This document shows positions 18,322 to 25,857 of a DNA stretch of 30,664 bases, in pieces. Positions within the stretch are counted from its first letter, which is position 1. Every line of letters starts with the position of its first letter. This DNA is from an uncultured bacterium (GTDB lineage: Bacteria; Electryoneota; Electryoneia; Electryoneales; Electryoneaceae): positions 1 to 30,664 of the forward strand of contig CAZCRQ010000001.1 of assembly GCA_964501095.1 (NCBI GenBank). The letters are read 5' to 3'. Under the pieces are notes generated by a model. The model searched no databases. It saw only the letters and a program-made list of their open reading frames with translations, and was not told the DNA's origin. Position numbers and translations under genes: made by a program.

Positions 18322-19406
18322 TGAATCCAATAGAGGGAAGCTGGATTCCTGGACCGAAATTATATGAGTCCGTGGGGGTGATTCACATCCACTCAGTCTA
18401 TTCCGACGGTGCCTGCTCAGTTTCTGAAATCGCTGAATTTGCTGATCAGAAGAAGCTTGACTGGATCATGCTTACCGACCACTGCACGTTAAAAGCGAAA
18501 GAGAAAGGTGAGGAGGGCAAACATGGGTCGGTCAATGTTCTGGTCGGTTCGGAACTTGATAATGAAGATGGACAGAATCATTACCTGGCGTTCGGGCTCG
18601 ATCAGCTTCCCAGGTATGAAGATCCTGTAGAGATGGTACGTGCGGTGAGAGAGGCGGGCGGGTTTGGCGCCATTGCCCATCCCCATGAAAAACGTGATGA
18701 ATTCCCCGATATGCCTCCCTACCCCTGGACAGCTTGGGAAGCCGAATTTGATGGAATTGAGATCTGGAATCAGCTTTCACAATGGGTGGAGGGATTGACA
18801 CGAAACAATCGTCTCTATCGTTTTCTTCATCCGTTGAAATCTCTAACCCGCCCCGATCCGGAAACAATGGCGGTGTGGGATCGTGTGAATTTAAAACGCG
18901 AGGTGGTGGGATATGTCGGAGTCGACGCCCATGCGCTCAATTACCCGCTATTCTACGGTTTGTTTCATGTAAAAGTTTTTCATTACAAGGTTCAATTTCG
19001 CAGCCTGCTGACTCATCTGCTCTTGGAGGAACCTCTTGATAGTGAGAATTTTAAAAAAGCCAAGTCTCAAATTTTAAAAGCGTTGCGTGAAGGCAGGCAC
19101 TTCGGCGCGAACCATCGGCTCGGTAATCCTCAAGGATTTCGTTTCCAAGCACTGGTGGACAATCAACCAATTTTACCGTTAAGCCGAATCGATCCTGGGT
19201 GTAAAGTTGAATTTTTTGCCCAGGCGCCGGCTGAAGCCGAGCTGGTGCTCTTGAGAAATGGTAAGGAAATCGTTCGAGTAAAAGGGAGAATTTTACGTCA
19301 TACAACCGAAAAGGATGGCATCTGGAGAGTGGAAGTTCATCAAAAACGAAAGGGATGGATTTATTCCAATCCAATTCGGATAGTCGAATCGGATTCAAAT
19401 CACTGA
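18321..19406 (+). CDS. PHP-domain metallohydrolase (CehA/McbA-like)
   Basis: GVIHIHSVYSDG, LTDH, IAHP, EIWN and GVDAH motifs with a C-terminal beta domain. TGATG overlap with the HD gene. Confidence 0.85.
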   Translation: MNPIEGSWIPGPKLYESVGVIHIHSVYSDGACSVSEIAEFADQKKLDWIMLTDHCTLKAKEKGEEGKHGSVNVLVGSELDNEDGQNHYLAFGLDQLPRYEDPVEMVRAVREAGGFGAIAHPHEKRDEFPDMPPYPWTAWEAEFDGIEIWNQLSQWVEGLTRNNRLYRFLHPLKSLTRPDPETMAVWDRVNLKREVVGYVGVDAHALNYPLFYGLFHVKVFHYKVQFRSLLTHLLLEEPLDSENFKKAKSQILKALREGRHFGANHRLGNPQGFRFQALVDNQPILPLSRIDPGCKVEFFAQAPAEAELVLLRNGKEIVRVKGRILRHTTEKDGIWRVEVHQKRKGWIYSNPIRIVESDSNH

Positions 19407-19433
19407 ATTTCTATTGGATAAGCGGTTTTTCCT

Positions 19434-19964
19434 ATGTTTGCCTCTATTCTTAATATCTGTTTTATGCAAATGAATAATTACATCCGATTGCCAAAACCTA
19501 AACCGATAGAACTTATTGGTCTGGTAATCTGGATTTTATTTCTCTTAGGTCTTTTTTATCTGGGAACAAAGAAAAAAGATAAAGTCATAGTATTTGCTGA
19601 GAAATTGAGCAAAAAGATGAAACGCCGCGGGCACCTGCGCGTTTCCCTGGAGATGGAGGCAAAACTGGTGAACTTGGAGGATCAACTCAGCTATCCAATC
19701 AAGATCCTTGATTTATCCACGGGGGGATTAAAAGTTGAAGGGCTGAGCTATCCACTTTTACAAGTGGAAAAATTTAAAATACTTTCCCCGGAGTCGCCCT
19801 GGAATAGATTGAATTTTCCTCGAATATATGTAAAACGGGCGAGATACAACCAGCGAAAGAAAACTGTCATCCTCAATTGCAAATTTCATAAACTGACCGA
19901 TGAACAACGTCGAATCCTAGCAGAAGAAGTGCAAACTCGCATCAAAGAATTTTATAATCGTTGA
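19434..19964 (+). CDS. Membrane-anchored PilZ-domain protein (c-di-GMP receptor candidate)
   Basis: One N-terminal TM helix; intact RxxxR (RGHLR) and DxSxxG (DLSTGG) motifs. Start codon uncertain. Confidence 0.8.
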   Translation: MFASILNICFMQMNNYIRLPKPKPIELIGLVIWILFLLGLFYLGTKKKDKVIVFAEKLSKKMKRRGHLRVSLEMEAKLVNLEDQLSYPIKILDLSTGGLKVEGLSYPLLQVEKFKILSPESPWNRLNFPRIYVKRARYNQRKKTVILNCKFHKLTDEQRRILAEEVQTRIKEFYNR

Positions 19965-20051
19965 AATTATTATCAAATTAGAAATTTTATTGGTTTATTT
20001 CAGTAAATCTCAAAAATGGCGGGAAGTTACCACAGGTGTCAATCCGGCAAA

Positions 20052-20116
20052 GCAGACTGTCCGAAATTGTAGGGACGTCACCCGGAGTGTCATTCCCACG
20101 AAGCAGGCTGTCCGAT
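20052..20116. repeat. Partial copy of the 3853-3976 palindromic element
   Basis: ctgtccgaaattgtagggacgtcacccggagtgtcattcccacgaa aligns with the reverse complement of 3905-3956. gcagRctgtccga is directly repeated at 20052 and 20103. Confidence 0.7.
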
Positions 20117-20144
20117 TTAAGTCACTATACAACTATTTGAGATC

Positions 20145-21503
20145 ATGATGTCATTTATTCCATCTGAATTCATTTCCCAAAAACAGCGAAAACTACCTCA
20201 TTCAGAGGGTGAGATATATGAATTTATTGCTCGTTTTATGGATGGAAGCATCCCCGACTATCAAATGGCAGCCTGGTTGATGGCGGTTTATTTTCAAGGC
20301 ATGACTATCGATGAGACAGTGGCTTTGACAAAGGCATTTATCAAATCGGGTCATCAGGCGACACATTCCGGCATTAAAATTCCCATTGGGGATAAGCACA
20401 GCACCGGCGGCGTGGGTGATAAAATTTCACTTCATCTGGCTCCTTTGCTGGCGGCAGCGGGGATGGCAATTCCCACCATCACCGGACGGGGACTGGGATT
20501 TACCGGCGGGACACTGGATAAGTTGGAGTCCATACCCGGATTTCGCACCGACCTTAGTTTAAAAGAATTCGAGGAATTTACCGTTGAACATGGTCTGGCG
20601 TTCGGAGCGCAAACCGAGGAGATTGTTCCGGCGGATAAACGAATCTACGCCCTGCGTGATGTCACTTCCACGGTCAAATCATATCCCTTGATCGTCTCCT
20701 CCATTTTGTCCAAGAAAGTCGCCGAGGGGATTCAGTCGATCGTGTTTGATGTCAAATGCGGCAGTGGAGCGTACATGGAAACACTGGAGGAAGCGAAGGA
20801 ACTCTCGACCTGGCTGGTACAAACAGCGTCCAGGTTCAACCTAAATGCTGCCGCCCTGATTACTGCAATGGATCAACCCCTTGGCTTTACTATCGGCAAC
20901 TGGCTCGAAATGGAAGAGAGTATCAAGTATCTTAAAAGAGAAGTGGCTATCCCTGACGTTCATGAATTGACTTTGGCGATCGGAGGAGTTTTGCTGCACC
21001 TCGCTGGTCTGGCTGAAACTCCCGAGAACGGCGAATGTCATATAACTGAAGTGTTAAACACCGGCAGCGGTTTAAAGAAATTACGCGAGATCATGGGACA
21101 ACAGGACGGCGATGTTTCCATCCTGGATGGCGTCAATCCCTACTCGTTGGATTCACAGTGGACGATATACTCACAGTCCGAGGGGTATATTTGCGAAATC
21201 AATGCTCGGGAGATTGGCATAAGTTCAATGCTGCTCGGTGCGGGACGAATGAACGCCAAAGATACAGTCAAACCGGAAGCCGGCATTCGGCTGCTGGTCA
21301 AGGTGGGTGATCCGGTAAAGAAAAATCAACCCTTGGCAATTCTATATTCCGACAAGGAAACACTGTTCCGATCATTACAGAAACGTGTGCTCAGAGCATT
21401 TTATATCTCGGAAATACCGCCTGAGAAACTGCCGCTTGTCCGTATGGTGATCACATCCTCAGGTGAGTCGCGGTGGGATGATTTTAGACACACCGGGCTT
21501 TAA
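20145..21503 (+). CDS. pdp: Pyrimidine-nucleoside / thymidine phosphorylase
   Basis: DKHSTGGVGDK, GRGLGFTGGTLDKLESIPG, ADKRIYALRDVT, SILSKK, DVKCGSGAYM, LGAGR. Confidence 0.93.
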   Translation: MMSFIPSEFISQKQRKLPHSEGEIYEFIARFMDGSIPDYQMAAWLMAVYFQGMTIDETVALTKAFIKSGHQATHSGIKIPIGDKHSTGGVGDKISLHLAPLLAAAGMAIPTITGRGLGFTGGTLDKLESIPGFRTDLSLKEFEEFTVEHGLAFGAQTEEIVPADKRIYALRDVTSTVKSYPLIVSSILSKKVAEGIQSIVFDVKCGSGAYMETLEEAKELSTWLVQTASRFNLNAAALITAMDQPLGFTIGNWLEMEESIKYLKREVAIPDVHELTLAIGGVLLHLAGLAETPENGECHITEVLNTGSGLKKLREIMGQQDGDVSILDGVNPYSLDSQWTIYSQSEGYICEINAREIGISSMLLGAGRMNAKDTVKPEAGIRLLVKVGDPVKKNQPLAILYSDKETLFRSLQKRVLRAFYISEIPPEKLPLVRMVITSSGESRWDDFRHTGL

Positions 21504-21507
21504 TTCT

Positions 21508-21801
21508 TTACGCATAAGTATCGATATTCTTCCCTAACTCTTCTCGTACTCTACTTTTCTCCGCAGGAATTATTTTGCCAATTTCACCCTTTCGCACCAT
21601 CCCTCCCATTTTCTGAATCTGCCCATAGAGAGCATGTCCCGTGGAGACAAATAGGTTGGTGATTGGCGGCGTGGGAGGCGAGGAATTCTCGGTGTAGCTG
21701 TCAGAAACATCCATTGCCTTCTGAGAGGGAGCATTATCACGCTGCGCTTGTACCGGCTGCGAGGGGAGAACCGATGGAATTGGGATGACGCTATGGGGCA
21801 T
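21508..21801 (-). CDS. Small hypothetical protein with C-terminal GxxIDxxA motif (YjfB-like, sigma28-regulon type)
   Basis: 97 aa, Pro/Ser-rich N-terminal half, ends LGKNIDTYA; directly preceded by a sigma28-type promoter. Confidence 0.7.
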   Translation of the reverse strand: MPHSVIPIPSVLPSQPVQAQRDNAPSQKAMDVSDSYTENSSPPTPPITNLFVSTGHALYGQIQKMGGMVRKGEIGKIIPAEKSRVREELGKNIDTYA

Positions 21802-21834
21802 TGAATCGCTCTGTTGGAGCCATATCCTAATCTA

Positions 21835-21861
21835 TCATCGGCTGTTTTACAGAATCCTTGA
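21835..21861 (-). promoter_or_regulatory. sigma28 (FliA)-type promoter
   Basis: Minus strand TCAA-N15-GCCGATGA, 34 bp upstream of the ATG at 21801. Confidence 0.75.
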
Positions 21862-22082
21862 ATGACAACTCGAATAATTCGGAGGTATTTTCGGACTGCT
21901 TGATCGGAGACGGTTATAATCGAGACTTTAGGTGAGACTGCTACAAAATTGACAGTTATCCAACTGACGGAAAATCAAGATGATGCGATTGAATTGTGGA
22001 GAATAGCTGCTACGAAAAAGTGCCATTATGGGCTGTTCGGTTGGAGTCAACTTAGAGGCGAGAAAGTCCACTAATCATTAAA

Positions 22083-22095
22083 AATCAATGTATTA
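22083..22095 (+). promoter_or_regulatory. IHF consensus site
   Basis: AATCAA-TGTA-TTA matches WATCAANNNNTTR, 30 bp upstream of the sigma54 -24 element. Confidence 0.6.
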
Positions 22096-22124
22096 CCTTG
22101 TTATAGTGAGTAATCCTCCCGGAA

Positions 22125-22140
22125 TGGCATGGTCATTGCT
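22125..22140 (+). promoter_or_regulatory. sigma54 (RpoN) -24/-12 promoter
   Basis: TGGCATG-GTCA-TTGCT matches TGGCAYG-N4-TTGCW with exact spacing. Confidence 0.75.
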
Positions 22141-22175
22141 GATCGATTAAATCAGCGATTCCAGTCCTAATCATA

Positions 22176-22202
22176 TTATCGGCAGTTCTCGGATATTCTT
22201 TA
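22176..22202 (-). promoter_or_regulatory. sigma28 (FliA) promoter, perfect consensus
   Basis: Minus strand TAAA-N15-GCCGATAA (TAAAG at the -35). Confidence 0.8.
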
Positions 22203-22279
22203 GTTTCTCTGGGAGATATGAATCCCGAATTCGATACGTAAAACTCCGCACCCTCTTCAACCTTGAAGAACCCTTGCCC

Positions 22280-22334
22280 AGCTCAGCAATGATTTCGATG
22301 GCAGTTGAAAGCCATTGCTGAGCTATTTTATTAT
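22280..22334 (+). terminator. Strong hairpin with T-rich tail (possible intrinsic terminator)
   Basis: AGCTCAGCAATG (22280-22291) and CATTGCTGAGCT (22313-22324) form a perfect 12-bp stem with a partly paired interior, followed by ATTTTATTAT. Confidence 0.5.
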
Positions 22335-22359
22335 CTGACCTGGAGGTTTATGATACCTT

Positions 22360-22464
22360 GGGTAGCGTAGGCGTCTCTGCCTGCGAGGGGGATCGCAAAC
22401 AATGATCGCAAGCACGGAGGCTTACGCTACCCCTGTATTTCGCAAGCACGGAGGCTTACGCGAC
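22360..22464. repeat. GTAG-type REP doublet plus a third copy
   Basis: GTAG-CGTAGGC-GTCTCT-GCCTGCG at 22362-22385. Inverted GTAG-CGTAAGC-CTCCGT-GCTTGCG at 22430-22407, repeated at 22464-22441 with a GTCG foot. Confidence 0.75.
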
Positions 22465-22511
22465 CATTTTTGAAAAAGGGGGATCATTTACATCAACCCC
22501 AGATTGCAATA

Positions 22512-22568
22512 TTGAGGACATTTAACCTAAATTGGTAAAATGTATTAATAGGAAAATGTATTAATAGG
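22512..22568 (+). promoter_or_regulatory. Candidate sigma70 promoter of add, overlapped by a 16-bp direct repeat
   Basis: TTGAGG (22512), 18-bp spacer, extended -10 TGn-TAAAAT (22533-22541). AAAATGTATTAATAGG occurs twice, at 22537 and 22553. Confidence 0.45.
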
Positions 22569-22598
22569 ATAAATCTCCATATTCGATAAATAGGATGA

Positions 22599-23648
22599 AT
22601 GCCTTTGGAACCGATGACCCTCGAGATCATTAGAGGTCTCCCTAAAACTGATCTTCATTGCCATCTGGATGGATCGATACGAATATCGACTCTCATTGAG
22701 TTGGCAAAAAAGCGCAAAGTGGAATTACCCACAACCGATGAAGAACAACTTAAACTGATTCTGCAAGCGGGACCTCAAGTAAAGAATCTGAAGGATTATT
22801 TAAGAGCGTTTGATATAACTTTATCCGTGATGCAGGATGATGAAGACATCTTCCGTGTTGCGAGAGAACTTTGTGAAGATGCCTGGGATGATGGAGTCTG
22901 GTACTTGGAGGTTCGCTTCTCCCCCATCCTGCACCAACAAAAAGGTCTAACCCTTACTCGAGTGATGGAAGCAGTTCTCTCAGGATTACGCGAAGGAGAA
23001 GACAAAACAGGCATTCATGCCAGGGTGATAGTCTGCGGCATCCGACAGATTGAACCCTCTGTATCAGTAAAACTCGCCGAAGTGGCTGCCGCTTTTAAAG
23101 AGCAAGGGGTGGTGGGATTCGATCTAGCGGGAAACGAGGATCATTATCCGGCAAAGGATCATGCGGCAGCCTTTTATCTGATCCGCAGCAACAACATCCC
23201 GTGCACAGTGCACGCCGGAGAAGCCTGGGGACCGGGATCGATCAAGCAAGCCCTTCATGATTTGAACGCTCATCGTATCGGACACGGCACCCGTCTTAAG
23301 GAGGATGGCGGATTATTGAATTATGTCAACAACCATCGTATCCCTTTGGAATGCTGCATCTCCTCCAACATCCATGTCGGCACTATCAAATCTATCGAAG
23401 AGCACCCGATAAAATTCTACTACGATTTCGGCTTGCGGGTGACGGTCAACACAGATAACCGTCTGATGAGCGCGACCAGTGTAAGTAATGAACTATTCCT
23501 AGCGCATAAAAAGTTGAATTTTGACCGTTCGGCGATTGAAGATGTCATAATCATGGGATTCAAATCGGCATTCCTTCCCTACCAGGAGCGGAAACATCTA
23601 TTGAAGAAGGCGCTTACAGCGATGGGGCGTGTACATGTACCATTTTAA
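22599..23648 (+). CDS. add: Adenosine deaminase
   Basis: DLHCHLDGS, YLEVRFSP, GFDLAG, HAGEA, RIGHG and NTDN metal-binding motifs. Confidence 0.93.
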   Translation: MPLEPMTLEIIRGLPKTDLHCHLDGSIRISTLIELAKKRKVELPTTDEEQLKLILQAGPQVKNLKDYLRAFDITLSVMQDDEDIFRVARELCEDAWDDGVWYLEVRFSPILHQQKGLTLTRVMEAVLSGLREGEDKTGIHARVIVCGIRQIEPSVSVKLAEVAAAFKEQGVVGFDLAGNEDHYPAKDHAAAFYLIRSNNIPCTVHAGEAWGPGSIKQALHDLNAHRIGHGTRLKEDGGLLNYVNNHRIPLECCISSNIHVGTIKSIEEHPIKFYYDFGLRVTVNTDNRLMSATSVSNELFLAHKKLNFDRSAIEDVIIMGFKSAFLPYQERKHLLKKALTAMGRVHVPF

Positions 23649-24288
23649 ATCGATAATTGCGTTAGGTTTAGCATTGATTTTCGGCTTTTATGTCAGTTGT
23701 GTCAAGAACAATATCGAACCTCAACCTGAAAATTGGGAATATGATTACACTCCAGATTATTCCTATTTTCCTATGGAACTTGGAACCACTTGGGAATATG
23801 CAGCATTGTATGATAATAATATTCTATGTAATTATATTGATGCTATAATTGAAAGACACGAAAAACAAGAGGGCGATTCAGTTATTATCGCAGAATATCT
23901 TAATAATGATACTATGGGTTATAATTATTCAGCATATTGGAAAAACGGTGGTTTATACTTCCATCATCTCGATGCCGAGCCGAATCGAATTCTCGACGCT
24001 CCTGTTGAACTCGGGCGAAAATGGGAAGTCTACAATCTCTCCACTGATTATATCATCAATTACATGGAAGCTGCTTACGCGGCGGTCGATTCCCCTTATG
24101 TCTATGCCAATAACCAATATGACGCGGTCTATGTTCGCAATATCCTCTACGACCGTGGGATGGATGATCAGTTCATCAGTCAGGATACGCTGTGGATCGC
24201 CTTTGTTCGCGACATCGGACAGGTTTACTGGTACATGAACGGTTTGGAGTATCGATTGGTTAATTTTATACGGGGAGAAGGAAACTAA
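23635..24288 (+). CDS. Hypothetical lipoprotein
   Basis: Signal peptide with lipobox-like FYVSC; YFPMELGTTWEY and LDAPVELGRKW motifs; AT-rich. Alternative GTG start at 23629. Confidence 0.75.
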   Translation: MYHFKSIIALGLALIFGFYVSCVKNNIEPQPENWEYDYTPDYSYFPMELGTTWEYAALYDNNILCNYIDAIIERHEKQEGDSVIIAEYLNNDTMGYNYSAYWKNGGLYFHHLDAEPNRILDAPVELGRKWEVYNLSTDYIINYMEAAYAAVDSPYVYANNQYDAVYVRNILYDRGMDDQFISQDTLWIAFVRDIGQVYWYMNGLEYRLVNFIRGEGN

Positions 24289-24402
24289 TCAAACAGAGCT
24301 TCGTATAAAGGACATTAGCGGAAATAAGATTTTAATTGGTCTTACGAGTCCAATGGATCTGATGGATTACAGAATTATTATTGAAACATCGGGAATTAAA
24401 AA

Positions 24403-25110
24403 ATGAATCGAATCCTCTTCAATCAAAGTCGATTTCTTCTGTATGTTGTCTCAGTCGTTTTATTATGGATTCTCAGCGCCGCTGTTCCGGTTTTGGGGGG
24501 GAAATTTGCAATTGCTCGGGTGAAATACAACGGCGGAGGCGACTGGTATTCCGATCCCACATCATTAGTCAACCTCCAGCGTTTTTTACGGGAGGAAACC
24601 GGCTTGGACACTGAAGAACGGGAAGATGTAGTAACGATATTGGATGATGATCTGTTTTCTCACCCGTATCTTTACTTGACCGGTCATGGTAATATCTTCT
24701 TTTCCCAGGAGGAAGCGGAACGGTTACACGATTACCTTCTCGGTGGCGGATTTCTCCATTGCGACGATAATTATGGACTAAATCAATTCTTTCGCCGTGA
24801 GATGAAAAAAGTGTTTCCAGACCGTGAACTGGTCGAAATTCCTTTCACTCATCCCATTTATCATATAGCCTACGATTTTCCAAACGGTCTTCCAAAGATC
24901 CATGAACACGACAACCTCCCGCCTCAGGGCTTGGCGATCGTGGTCGATGGTCGGATCGTGGTTTTTTTCACCTACGAATGCGACCTGGGTGACGGTTGGG
25001 AGGATCCTGAGGTTCACAATGATCCTCCGGAAAAACGGCTGGCGGCGTTGAAAATGGGGGCGAATATCGTGCTTTTCGCCCTCTCTGGTCAACCGATAAA
25101 CCTGCCTTAA
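24403..25110 (+). CDS. DUF4159 domain protein (exported)
   Basis: IARVKYNGGGDWY, YLYLTGHG, GGFLHCDDNYG, ECDLGDGWED, KMGANI. Confidence 0.88.
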   Translation: MNRILFNQSRFLLYVVSVVLLWILSAAVPVLGGKFAIARVKYNGGGDWYSDPTSLVNLQRFLREETGLDTEEREDVVTILDDDLFSHPYLYLTGHGNIFFSQEEAERLHDYLLGGGFLHCDDNYGLNQFFRREMKKVFPDRELVEIPFTHPIYHIAYDFPNGLPKIHEHDNLPPQGLAIVVDGRIVVFFTYECDLGDGWEDPEVHNDPPEKRLAALKMGANIVLFALSGQPINLP

Positions 25111-25143
25111 AACAATCTGACTACAAAGTGTGCAAAATCATTA

Positions 25144-25623
25144 TCAGGACATTATTTTAATTCCTTTGGGATTCAAATAATAAACCGGCATAGGGCAGGT
25201 ATGTCCTTCCTCCAGTTCGCCCTCGGTATGTTTTAAGGTATCTTTAGTTTCAACTTCGGGATTCTGAACCTGGAATTCACCTTCGATCCGGACTGTTTTA
25301 TTCACACAATCTGCAGGGAATAGGAAGGAGTGGTCTGGGCTCTTGGCATAAAATGGTTGATCGGGATTTCCGGAGTCAAGTGAGACCCAGCAGCCAGTTC
25401 CGCTGCATCTGCCGGTTACTTTTCCTTCAATCAATACCGTCTTGCCGATATATTCGGCAGGTTTTTCCAATAGCGTCGCCAGAGGCGTCACTTCCAGCAA
25501 AGTAATCGTGCCTGCTGATACCTCAGCTTTCTCAACAACAGCTTCCTCTAGTTTCTTTTGCATCGCGCAGGTAAGTAGTAGAACAGAAAACAAGAACACT
25601 AATAGAATTTGAAAATACTTCAT
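25144..25623 (-). CDS. DUF4920-like OB-fold lipoprotein
   Basis: Lipobox LLTC; GKTVLIEGKVTGRCSGTGCWV motif. Ends in three tandem stops, TGA TAA TGA. Confidence 0.7.
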   Translation of the reverse strand: MKYFQILLVFLFSVLLLTCAMQKKLEEAVVEKAEVSAGTITLLEVTPLATLLEKPAEYIGKTVLIEGKVTGRCSGTGCWVSLDSGNPDQPFYAKSPDHSFLFPADCVNKTVRIEGEFQVQNPEVETKDTLKHTEGELEEGHTCPMPVYYLNPKGIKIMS

Positions 25624-25660
25624 CCTTCTCTCCTCTTTTGAAAATCTTTTTTAAACGTTC

Positions 25661-25857
25661 TTATAAGTAAAAATGCAGGTCCTGCCCGGTGTCAGCTTTC
25701 ATCATCGCGATGATCTGCCCAGTATGGTACAAAAATGCTCGATTACATGAACAATCGTGGCGAGAAGCTTCCAGAACCAAAGCCAGCGCTGCCTTCAGCC
25801 AAGGGATATAGGTCTCGTATAGCTTTCCGATAGCTTCTTTCACCAGTTCTTCTTTTA
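25661..25857 (-). pseudogene. Frameshifted 3' remnant of a DinB/DUF1572-like gene
   Basis: Frame +1 reads ATIVHVIEHF and frame 0 continues YHTGQIIAMMKADTGQDLHFY, giving the DinB HxxxHxxYHxGQI motif split at a T5 run (25731-25735). The 5' end is replaced by REPs. Confidence 0.7.

Larger units (their letters stand above)
22151..22334 (+). ncRNA. Candidate sigma54-dependent structured small RNA (predicted)
   Basis: Starts at the expected +1 of the sigma54 site and contains no ORF longer than 7 codons with a plausible start. Hairpins at 22254-22269 and 22280-22324, followed by ATTTTATTAT. Confidence 0.35.

Noticed and set aside
22218-22241. Micro-ORF MNPEFDT after GGGAG
   Set aside because: The SD-to-ATG spacing is only about 2 nt, and there is no other evidence of translation.
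22134-22324. CATTGCTG shared by the sigma54 -12 region and both arms of the downstream hairpin
   Set aside because: It is only an 8-nt match found post hoc, and neither arm has a correctly spaced -24 GG.
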